Source: an uncultured archaeon (GTDB lineage: Archaea > Asgardarchaeota > Thorarchaeia > Thorarchaeales > Thorarchaeaceae). Taken from it: a DNA stretch of 32,000 bases. The position numbers were made by a program, and so were the translations under genes. Shown in pieces: positions 1 to 7,723 of this stretch; the stretch's first letter is position 1, and every line of letters starts with the position of its first letter. The DNA lies in NCBI GenBank assembly GCA_964354495.1, contig CAYHAA010000010.1, positions 60,001 through 92,000 of the forward strand, given 5' to 3'. The notes beneath the pieces were generated by a model. The model had not been told where the DNA came from. It saw only the letters and a program-made list of their open reading frames with translations, and searched no databases.

Positions 1-846
1 TCCAGGCTTGAGAAACTCAGGTGGGTTCCTTGCGAAACCTACTCCTGAGGGAGTACCCGTAGCTATTACGTCTCCGGGTTCGAGAGTGAATGATCTGGAG
101 AGATGAGAGACAATCTGAGGAACGTTGAACATCATACTAGAAGTTGACGAATCCTGTTTTGTCACACCGTTTACCTTTGTCATCAGCTTGAGCCCGGATC
201 CATCCCCTAGGGCATCTCTTGTAACGATACAGGGCCCCATGGGGCAGAAATCGTCTAGTGATTTCGAACGAACAAACTGACCATCACTGTGCTGAAGGTC
301 TCGAGCGCTCACGTCGTTGATGATTGTGTAACCTGCAATGTGGTCCAAGGATTGCTTCTCATTGACATCCTTACATGCTCGGCCAATAACGACTGCGAGT
401 TCGACCTCCCAGTCGATTTCTTTTGATATCCTTGGGATGTGTATTGGGTCGTTGGGTCCAATCACACATGAGGGAAACTTGGCAAAGATCAGTGGGAACT
501 TTGGAATCTCAGAGCCAGTCTCCTTGATGTGTTCAAGATAGTTCCGTCCAAGCGCCACAATCTTCCCGGGCCTCTGGATTGGTGCTTCTAAGGTCACAGA
601 ACTAAGATCGCGGGTGAGGGGTCGCTCGCCGCGAGGTGCCTGTTCATAACGCTCCACAATCTGACGAACAACCTCAATGCCTGACTCCCAATTCAGAAGG
701 TCCAGCATGGTTGTTGGAAAACTCTGACCACGCACGTGATACTTTCTACCGAAGTGTGAGGCAGCGTCCGGTATGTCAAGTATGTCAGACTCTAGGTGCA
801 CACCAATAGATGGCACTCCCATTCGAGAATATGTGACCAATCGCAT
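1..846 (-). CDS. Fumarylacetoacetate hydrolase (FAH) family protein, 3' end outside window
   Basis: Not in the ORF track; translated by hand. ATG at 846 gives MRLVTYSRMGVPSIGV...PGKIVALGRNYLEHIKETGSEIPKFPLIFAKFPSCVIGP...FTLEPGDVIATGTPSGVGFARNPPEFLKPG, reaching base 1 in frame. GxNY, PxxFxK and PGDVIxTGTPxGVG are FAH-superfamily motifs. Confidence 0.92.
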   Translation of the reverse strand, partial: MRLVTYSRMGVPSIGVHLESDILDIPDAASHFGRKYHVRGQSFPTTMLDLLNWESGIEVVRQIVERYEQAPRGERPLTRDLSSVTLEAPIQRPGKIVALGRNYLEHIKETGSEIPKFPLIFAKFPSCVIGPNDPIHIPRISKEIDWEVELAVVIGRACKDVNEKQSLDHIAGYTIINDVSARDLQHSDGQFVRSKSLDDFCPMGPCIVTRDALGDGSGLKLMTKVNGVTKQDSSTSSMMFNVPQIVSHLSRSFTLEPGDVIATGTPSGVGFARNPPEFLKPG

Positions 847-910
847 GGCTTCATAGGTCAAACCAACTCATTTATTCGTAATGGTAGTAGACTCTGATTG
901 GTGTTAGCAC

Positions 911-1240
911 ATGACTGATGAGCCAACCCTAGCAGACCTGCCAGATGAAGTGTTTGTTCCCCTTGGTCAAAGAGGCATGGAGGGCATACCTCTAAAGGAC
1001 TGCATGTATGAGTGCGATGGAAAGGAACTGCGCCTACTCAGTTTCAGCAAGGACAGAAACACTCTGAGTGGCAAGGGAGTAGAAAAAGTCATTGAAGACT
1101 GGCTTGTGGAGTGTACTACGTGTGGCAAGTCTTTCACAATCAGATGTCATGTGAGGTATGCAGAGGGAGAAAAGATAGATACAAGAGTAGACATCGTAGA
1201 TGATACTGGTAAGAATCTCGGCTGGTTGGGAAGCTATTAG
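911..1240 (+). CDS. Small hypothetical protein, putative Zn-binding (CxxxC ... CxxC)
   Basis: 109-aa ORF with protein-like composition, Cys pairs CMYEC and CTTC, ending 10 nt before the leuB-like start. Confidence 0.7.
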   Translation: MTDEPTLADLPDEVFVPLGQRGMEGIPLKDCMYECDGKELRLLSFSKDRNTLSGKGVEKVIEDWLVECTTCGKSFTIRCHVRYAEGEKIDTRVDIVDDTGKNLGWLGSY

Positions 1241-1250
1241 GTGAGCTACA

Positions 1251-2411
1251 TTGACTCGAACCTACAAGATATCCGTTCTTCCGGGTGATGGCATCGGTCG
1301 CGAAGTAATCCCCCAAGCAGTTCGCGTACTTCGCGCTGTTGAGGAGGTTGTGGGAGGCTTTCAGATCAACCTTCATGAATTCGAATGCGGCGGAGAATAC
1401 TATCTCAGAGAGAAACGAGAATGGTCACAAGAAGCAGAGGATTTCACGAAGAAGGATGCGGATGCAGTTCTATTCGGTGCGATTGGTGCAGTCAATTCAG
1501 ATGGAAGTAGTGTGCAACTTCCAGATGGAAACCTGGCAGGATATAGTATAGCGATAGGTCTTCGAACGGAGCTCGATTTGTATGCCAATGTCAGACCGGT
1601 CAAACTCTATGAAGGCGTATGGACTCCTCTCAGTCAAAAGAGACCTCAAGACATTGACATGACTATAGTCCGTGAGAACACAGAGGGGCTCTACTCGCCA
1701 ACCCGAGGTACTCTCAGAAGAGGGGGAATATCCGAGCTGGCAATTGATACAAGAGTGATAACGAGGAAGGGTTCCGAGAGAGTGATACGATATGCCTATC
1801 AGCTTGCTGCTGAAAGTCATGGCGCTCCCGAAGATGGTCTCAAGAGAGTCACCTGTGTCGACAAGAGCAATCTGCTTGCAGGTTGCCAACTCTTCAGAAG
1901 CGTATTCGATGAGATTGGCGTCGAGTATCCAGGAATTGAAAAGGACTATGCGTATGTTGACGCTTGGACTCAGTGGTGCCTCAGGAAACCTGAGCATTAC
2001 AATGTAGTTGTCGCGCCAAATGAATTCGGAGATATTATTACAGACCTTGGAGCAGCAGTTCAAGGAGGTCTCGGAATGGCTCCTGCAGGGAATATCGGGA
2101 GCAAGCACGGTGTCTTTGAACCAGTGCATGGCTCAGCGCCAAAGTACTACGGACAGAATAGTGCGAATCCAATGGCTGTCATTCTTGCTCTGAGTATGAT
2201 GCTTGAATGGTTGGCAGCTGAACGCCGTGACAAGCGAGTGCAAAGAGCTGGAGAAGTGGTCAAGGCATCCGTTGCAGGGACGCTCAGAGATGGAAAGGTG
2301 CGAACGAAGGATCTCTGTGTGGGCCAATGGAGCACGGTGAACCCTAGTTCCACAGAGGATGTGACATCGGCAGTCATTGAAATGGCCAAGAGTATTGAAG
2401 GTGCGAGGTGA
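1251..2411 (+). CDS. leuB: Isocitrate/isopropylmalate dehydrogenase family beta-decarboxylating dehydrogenase (LeuB/HICDH-like)
   Basis: Motifs VLPGDGIGREV, LRTELDLYANVRP, IVRENTEGLY, VDKSN, NEFGDIITDL, FEPVHGSAP. TTG start after AGGTGAG. Substrate specificity is not determinable, so the symbol marks the family. Confidence 0.85.
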   Translation: MTRTYKISVLPGDGIGREVIPQAVRVLRAVEEVVGGFQINLHEFECGGEYYLREKREWSQEAEDFTKKDADAVLFGAIGAVNSDGSSVQLPDGNLAGYSIAIGLRTELDLYANVRPVKLYEGVWTPLSQKRPQDIDMTIVRENTEGLYSPTRGTLRRGGISELAIDTRVITRKGSERVIRYAYQLAAESHGAPEDGLKRVTCVDKSNLLAGCQLFRSVFDEIGVEYPGIEKDYAYVDAWTQWCLRKPEHYNVVVAPNEFGDIITDLGAAVQGGLGMAPAGNIGSKHGVFEPVHGSAPKYYGQNSANPMAVILALSMMLEWLAAERRDKRVQRAGEVVKASVAGTLRDGKVRTKDLCVGQWSTVNPSSTEDVTSAVIEMAKSIEGAR

Positions 2412-2416
2412 AATCC

Positions 2417-3682
2417 ATGGGCAGAACTCTGGCTGAGAAACTGCTAGCAAGCCATACAGATGATGGAAAGGCCATAGCTGGAGACATCGTTGAAGCGCAC
2501 GTGGACCTCCTGATGGTGCACGAGGTTCTGGGCTCCAGAATCATTCCAATCCTAAAAGAGATGGACTTCAAGAGAGTCTGGGACCCTCAGAAGATCATTG
2601 TGGTCAATGACCACTGGGCACCCGCATCTGACATCAATAGTGCTGAGATTCATCGCAGAAACCGCAACTTTGTTCACGAACAGGATATCACTAATTTCTG
2701 TGATGTCGATTGTGGAATATCTCACCAAGTTCTCCCCGAGAAGGGGCTTGTCGCACCCGGAGACCTGATAATCGGGAGCGACTCTCATTCAACGACCTAC
2801 GGTGCATTCAACGCATTCTCTACAGGTCTCGCGGCTACTGACTGTGCGCTCATTTTGGCAACAGGTATGTCATGGTTCATGGTTCCCGACTCGATTCGCA
2901 TTGAAGTGAGAGGGCAACTACCCAAGATGGTCATGAGCAAGGACCTCATCTTGAGAGTTCTCAGAGATCTTGGTCCCGATGGTGCGAACTACAGATCGAT
3001 TGAATTCCATGGTCCAACAGTAGATACAATGGACGTAGGACCCCGAATGACAATGTGCAACATGGTTGTTGAGGCAGGGGCAAAGTGCTCGCCGATGATG
3101 GTGAACCGTTTCGTGGATTCATGGATGAGGAATGTCGCGCCCGGACGAAGATGGACTGCCACTAGACCAGATGACAGCGCAGAATACGTCGAGAATCTTG
3201 TCTACGATATTGAAAAGGAGCCACTTGGTCCAATGGTCGCGATACCTCATAGCCCTACGAATGGTCAATCCGTTGCTGAGGTCACCGGTGTGCCAATTGA
3301 TCAAGCTTTCATCGGATCCTGCACAAATGGGAGAATAGAGGACTTGGAGATAGCGGCAAGGATATTGAAAGGCAAGAAGATCAGAAACGGGGTACGTCTT
3401 ATCATCACACCTGCCAGCAAAGAAACCTACATGCATGCTCTGCACGAGGGACTTATCGACATCTTCATCGATGCAGGAGGTATTGTCACCAACTCCACCT
3501 GCGGAGCATGCGTTGGAGGACATCTTGGAGTGCTCGGTGCAGGTGAAGTATGCATCTCAAGTACTAATCGGAACTTCCGTGGGAGGATGGGACACAAGGA
3601 CGCATCAATCTACCTTGCATCGCCGGCCACAGTCGCTGCGAGTGCACTCGAGGGAGCAATAATAGATCCGAGGAAGGTGTGA
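2417..3682 (+). CDS. leuC: 3-isopropylmalate dehydratase/homoaconitase large subunit (archaeal LeuC/HacA type)
   Basis: DHWAP, GISHQV, GSDSHSTTYGA, FIGSCTNGR, CGACVGG (Fe-S Cys ligands), STNRNFRGRMG, YLASPATVAASA. The ORF track starts at 2408; ATG at 2417 after GAGGTG is the likelier start. Confidence 0.93.
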   Translation: MGRTLAEKLLASHTDDGKAIAGDIVEAHVDLLMVHEVLGSRIIPILKEMDFKRVWDPQKIIVVNDHWAPASDINSAEIHRRNRNFVHEQDITNFCDVDCGISHQVLPEKGLVAPGDLIIGSDSHSTTYGAFNAFSTGLAATDCALILATGMSWFMVPDSIRIEVRGQLPKMVMSKDLILRVLRDLGPDGANYRSIEFHGPTVDTMDVGPRMTMCNMVVEAGAKCSPMMVNRFVDSWMRNVAPGRRWTATRPDDSAEYVENLVYDIEKEPLGPMVAIPHSPTNGQSVAEVTGVPIDQAFIGSCTNGRIEDLEIAARILKGKKIRNGVRLIITPASKETYMHALHEGLIDIFIDAGGIVTNSTCGACVGGHLGVLGAGEVCISSTNRNFRGRMGHKDASIYLASPATVAASALEGAIIDPRKV

Positions 3683-3685
3683 CAC

Positions 3686-4198
3686 TTGACAAGAGACCTT
3701 GCGAACATCACGGGGAGAGCATGGGTATTTGGAAAGGACATTGACACAGACCAGATTATACAGGGCCAATATCTCACCATTCTGGACTATGCTGAGATGG
3801 CCAAGCACACATTCGAGATCCCTCGCCCGCTGTTTGTCTCGAAGGTGAAGAAGAACGATATAGTGATAGCTGGACGCAATTTCGGAGGGGGCTCATCTCG
3901 AGAAGAGGCTCCAAGGGTCCTCCTTGAGTCGGGGATTGGTTGTGTGATTGCAGAGTCTTTTGCACGCATCTTCTACCGCAATGGCTTCAATGTCGGTCTT
4001 CCCCTCCTCATCATCCAAAACGCGGCCAAGTTAGTAAGTGATGGAGAATCCGTGATAGTGAATCTGATCGAGGGCACAGTCACCATCCGTCGGAGCGGTG
4101 ACGTGATTCACGGCAAACCTCTGACAGAGAGAATCCTGAACCTCTTGAGTGCAGGCGGTGCAGTCCAGTGGTATAGAAAGACAGCTGGAAAACGCTAA
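3686..4198 (+). CDS. leuD: 3-isopropylmalate dehydratase/homoaconitase small subunit
   Basis: FGKDIDTDQII, AGRNFGGGSSREEAP, AESFARIFYRNGFNVGLP; starts 3 nt after the leuC stop. Confidence 0.93.
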   Translation: MTRDLANITGRAWVFGKDIDTDQIIQGQYLTILDYAEMAKHTFEIPRPLFVSKVKKNDIVIAGRNFGGGSSREEAPRVLLESGIGCVIAESFARIFYRNGFNVGLPLLIIQNAAKLVSDGESVIVNLIEGTVTIRRSGDVIHGKPLTERILNLLSAGGAVQWYRKTAGKR

Positions 4199-4249
4199 AA
4201 GGCTCTACTTATTAGCTTCAGGCAATATTGTCAGCTAAGAGGTCATTCG

Positions 4250-6034
4250 ATGAATGCGCTACTATTCCTTCTGATTTCTCTCATTGCACATGCAATCCCA
4301 ATGCCGTTTTCAAGGCAATACAGGAAACCAAGCAGTATGATCAAATGGTTGCCCATGCGTTTCATATGGGGAACAGTCGCTTGGGTCATCATCTGCCTGA
4401 TTTTTGGTTCAGTACTTCCTTGGGCAATCCTTGGACTGATCATGAGCCTAGCAGCTCTTATGATGATCACGAGCGGATTTCGCCCCGGTGGTCGCTTTGA
4501 GGATATGCTAGAGGGCATCCGAGTTCCCTATGCGTGCATTGGTCTAATTATTCTGATAACAGTACCAACGTTCGGAGGGATAATTGGATGGACCTCAGGA
4601 CTTGCAAATGCACAATATTTCGACTCCATGATCACAGAAACCGACGCTCCGCTCTTCACGAACCCCATCCCGGATAGAATGGTCAGGCTCGTCACAGAAG
4701 AATATGCGACGTATGTTGCAAGCCAGCACCTGTCACCCTTTGGATCCAACAACATAGTGGCAGCGGCACACATCACAATTAAGAACGGGACACTTGTGTG
4801 GGTGTGTACGATAGTATCAACGAATGTTCTTGCTGAGAACTATGTCAAGGGCTTCATTGTTATCGATGCAAACGACCCGCAAACAGTCGAGCCATATCCA
4901 ATCACTTCAACAACCATCCCAGTGGGAGAGGGTCTCTTCTGGGACAGAAACATCCAGTTCGGGAACTACTTGAATGACATTACTTCGTTGTATGAATATG
5001 CATATCCTACATGGGACCCCTCTGGTAATCTTGTCTATGTTCAGACACGAACGCCTCTTGGCTTCGATTTCGTAGAGGCTGCAACTGGTCCAATTATCTA
5101 TGCGGAGAATGGCTCCGTCTTTGCGTATGATACAATCGCAGATACACCAAGCTGGGTCACTCAGGCATACTCTGAGGAATGGCTTGAACGGCAGATAACA
5201 AGATGGGGTAGCTTCAGAAGAGGAAGCGGATTCGACCTCTTTGCTGGTGGACTCTTGTGGTTTATCGCACCATCGAACGATAGGCTCGAGATGACAGAGG
5301 ATACGAGATACATACTGAATCCAGACACGGAACGAATCGAGGCTTTCTTAGCTGTGAATCCAGTGAATGCACCCAATACTCTCGCAGGAGTGCTAAGAGC
5401 AACACAGAATGAGGTGTTTTATCACGACCTTAGCGGAGAAGGGTACGTCAGCGGTTCAACTGCAGTAGCTAATGTAATTGCCGCGATAGGGCCACCTGCG
5501 AGCGGCAACTATTATGGGGCAATGCCGCTTCTCTACCCTGTCGTCATCAATTCAACAGTCACAAAATGGACATGGTACACACCCATCTATTGGACTGATG
5601 CGTACTACTCCGAGGATCTTGGAGACTACGTTGCCTCCAACATGAGACTTCATGCTCTTGGTATGGTCGATGCATCGAACATAGATCGATACGTCTGGCT
5701 TCCGCTAGGTGGAGCATTATCAGGTGAGAATCTCGTACATCAGGTCAGAACCGATTACGTCGCTCTTCTTGGTGGCGAAATCGAAGAGGAGCCCTCAGAC
5801 ACCTTCATCATCACTGCAAATGTGACAGGTACGACCTCTTTTGTACAAAATAGTCAGCAGCATGTACTGTTGCGGACAGACAACGTCACCTATGAGTTCT
5901 TGGAGGGTGCACAGGCTTGGATGAATACGACGGACTGGTACACTCTTCTGTTCCTCGATGTGGGCGATAACTTCACAGCAACAGTCCTCCAAGTCGGAGA
6001 TGTCTACAGAATCATCGCAATCGTCAAGAACTAG
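4250..6034 (+). CDS. Uncharacterised membrane protein: N-terminal TM helices plus a large extracytoplasmic beta-rich domain
   Basis: 594-aa ORF; 3-4 hydrophobic segments in the first ~115 aa, then a soluble region with several NxS/T sequons (NGT, NGS, NST, NVT, NTT, NFT). Confidence 0.8.
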   Translation: MNALLFLLISLIAHAIPMPFSRQYRKPSSMIKWLPMRFIWGTVAWVIICLIFGSVLPWAILGLIMSLAALMMITSGFRPGGRFEDMLEGIRVPYACIGLIILITVPTFGGIIGWTSGLANAQYFDSMITETDAPLFTNPIPDRMVRLVTEEYATYVASQHLSPFGSNNIVAAAHITIKNGTLVWVCTIVSTNVLAENYVKGFIVIDANDPQTVEPYPITSTTIPVGEGLFWDRNIQFGNYLNDITSLYEYAYPTWDPSGNLVYVQTRTPLGFDFVEAATGPIIYAENGSVFAYDTIADTPSWVTQAYSEEWLERQITRWGSFRRGSGFDLFAGGLLWFIAPSNDRLEMTEDTRYILNPDTERIEAFLAVNPVNAPNTLAGVLRATQNEVFYHDLSGEGYVSGSTAVANVIAAIGPPASGNYYGAMPLLYPVVINSTVTKWTWYTPIYWTDAYYSEDLGDYVASNMRLHALGMVDASNIDRYVWLPLGGALSGENLVHQVRTDYVALLGGEIEEEPSDTFIITANVTGTTSFVQNSQQHVLLRTDNVTYEFLEGAQAWMNTTDWYTLLFLDVGDNFTATVLQVGDVYRIIAIVKN

Positions 6035-6035
6035 T

Positions 6036-6070
6036 GGAAGGAGGGAATCCCCTCCCTCCCTTGGTATTTT
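6036..6070. terminator. Hairpin plus T-run between convergent genes
   Basis: GGAGGG (6040-6045) pairs with CCCTCC (6050-6055), extendable with a bulge, followed by GGTATTTTT. Lies between the stops at 6034 and 6082. Confidence 0.45.
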
Positions 6071-6081
6071 TCAGCGAATCG

Positions 6082-7251
6082 CTACTTTGGGAAGAACTCC
6101 TTGAACACTTCACGCTGAATGAGGAATCGAAGAATCTCGGCTGTTCCACCGCCGATCGTCATCAGACGCGCGTCTCTCATGAAGCGTTCAACAGGATAGT
6201 CAGTCGTGTAGCCCATACCACCTAGAATTTGGAGCGCATCATTAGTGACTTGAACAGCAGCCTCGGTTGTATAGAGCTTTGCAATTGAGGCAGCCTTAGT
6301 AATCTTCTGACCCCGGTCGTACATCCTTGCAGCTGTGAGCGTGAGAGCACGGCCTGCCTCCAGTTTCATTGCCATGTCTGCGATCTTGAAACTTACTCCC
6401 TCAAACTCATTGATAGGCCGGCCAAATTGGTGGCGCTCAGTTGAGTACTTGACAGCAATCTCATAGGGTGTTCTGCCATAGCCAATAGCCTCTCCGGCAA
6501 TCGCAGTCCTCTCAGAGTCCAGCTCGTCCATCAGAATATGGAATCCCTGACCAGGTTCCCCGAGTATCATATTACCTGGAACTCGAACATCCTCTAGTTT
6601 CAACCACGAAACCCGAGCAGACTTCATTCCGAGCAAGTCATGGTCTTTGACAACGGTGAATCCCTCACTCTTGGTGTCGACGATGAAAGCAGACATGCCA
6701 TCCTTAGCCTTCACAGCGGGGTCAGTGATAGCAAACGCACACATGTAGTCGGCTTGGCTTCCATTTGTGATGAAGCGCTTTTCGCCATTGAGGATCCAGC
6801 CATCACCGTCCCTCTTCGCTCGGGTCTTCATTCCTGCAGTATCAGACCCCACATCAGGTTCAGTGATACCAATGCATCCAATCTTATCTCCTGCAACAAC
6901 AGGCCTGAGATACTTCCTCTTCTGTTCAGGCGTTCCAAACCTTTCCACAGGCATGCCATAGAGAGTTGTAGAGGCCATGCGTGCCATGTCCAGGCCGGCA
7001 TTTGTGGCTGAGATCTCTTCAGCAACGATAATCTCATACGACAGGCCACGTTTTGTCCCACCTACTGATTTGTCATGGTGTACTCCCATGTAACCCGCCT
7101 TGCCAATTTTCCTCAGCAGTTCCCTTGGATAGGGGCCCTTGTCAATCTCATCCGCAATAGGAGCAATCTCCCTATCACAGAAAGCGCGGACTTCTCTCCG
7201 AAACTCGACCTCATCATCGGTCCAAAGTGCATTCGATAGGTGCTCAACCAT
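6082..7251 (-). CDS. Acyl-CoA dehydrogenase, IVD/LCAD-type catalytic Glu placement
   Basis: IGITEPDVGSD, WILNGEKRFITNG, ERHQFGRPI, ALQILGGMGY, RDARLMTIGGGTAEI. The ORF track starts at GTG 7284; ATG at 7251 is the likelier start. Confidence 0.93.
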   Translation of the reverse strand: MVEHLSNALWTDDEVEFRREVRAFCDREIAPIADEIDKGPYPRELLRKIGKAGYMGVHHDKSVGGTKRGLSYEIIVAEEISATNAGLDMARMASTTLYGMPVERFGTPEQKRKYLRPVVAGDKIGCIGITEPDVGSDTAGMKTRAKRDGDGWILNGEKRFITNGSQADYMCAFAITDPAVKAKDGMSAFIVDTKSEGFTVVKDHDLLGMKSARVSWLKLEDVRVPGNMILGEPGQGFHILMDELDSERTAIAGEAIGYGRTPYEIAVKYSTERHQFGRPINEFEGVSFKIADMAMKLEAGRALTLTAARMYDRGQKITKAASIAKLYTTEAAVQVTNDALQILGGMGYTTDYPVERFMRDARLMTIGGGTAEILRFLIQREVFKEFFPK

Positions 7252-7321
7252 TCCTGAAACCCGTGCCTTCTGCCGAGAACTCACTTAAATCACTAACTGG
7301 AAGCGCCGATCAGCATGTCAA

Positions 7322-7645
7322 TCATGAGAGTAGCCTGAAACGAAGTAGATTCGATCTGTCAGGAGCGACTTCGACAGGATCTCCAATCTCAGGCTTTGAA
7401 TCATCTTTGCTGCCAGCTAAGCATAATACGACTGCGCCTTGGTCCAGCTCCACCAGAGCCATCGTCAACGGGGGAGTGAATCCTTCGGGAGGCATCTCTA
7501 GAGTTGTGTGGCTGAGAATGGTGCCCTCGCCGTTGATCTTCTGTTTGACCATCTCTCCTGCGGCCTTTCCGCAATATGGACAGATGTCACGTGGCGGAAC
7601 GATTGTTCGAGAACAGCGCTTGCAATGAGAGGCTTGAATCTTCAT
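7322..7645 (-). CDS. DUF35 family Zn-ribbon/OB-fold protein (thiolase partner)
   Basis: CKRC...PPRDICPYC Zn ribbon followed by GTILSHT...ALVELDQG OB-fold pattern; 107 aa. Confidence 0.88.
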   Translation of the reverse strand: MKIQASHCKRCSRTIVPPRDICPYCGKAAGEMVKQKINGEGTILSHTTLEMPPEGFTPPLTMALVELDQGAVVLCLAGSKDDSKPEIGDPVEVAPDRSNLLRFRLLS

Positions 7646-7681
7646 GATCTGTATCGACGAGATAGGAGACCTGAGTCTGTG

Positions 7682-7716
7682 AAAAGACTTCCGACAGGGC
7701 AGTCGGAAGCCCTGTC
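7682..7716 (-). promoter_or_regulatory. Two overlapping, mutually exclusive 8-bp hairpins followed by a T-run (terminator-like)
   Basis: Stem A: CTTCCGAC 7688-7695 / GTCGGAAG 7702-7709. Stem B: GACAGGGC 7693-7700 / GCCCTGTC 7709-7716. The minus-strand transcript continues UCUUUU. Confidence 0.4.
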
Positions 7717-7723
7717 ACATGAA

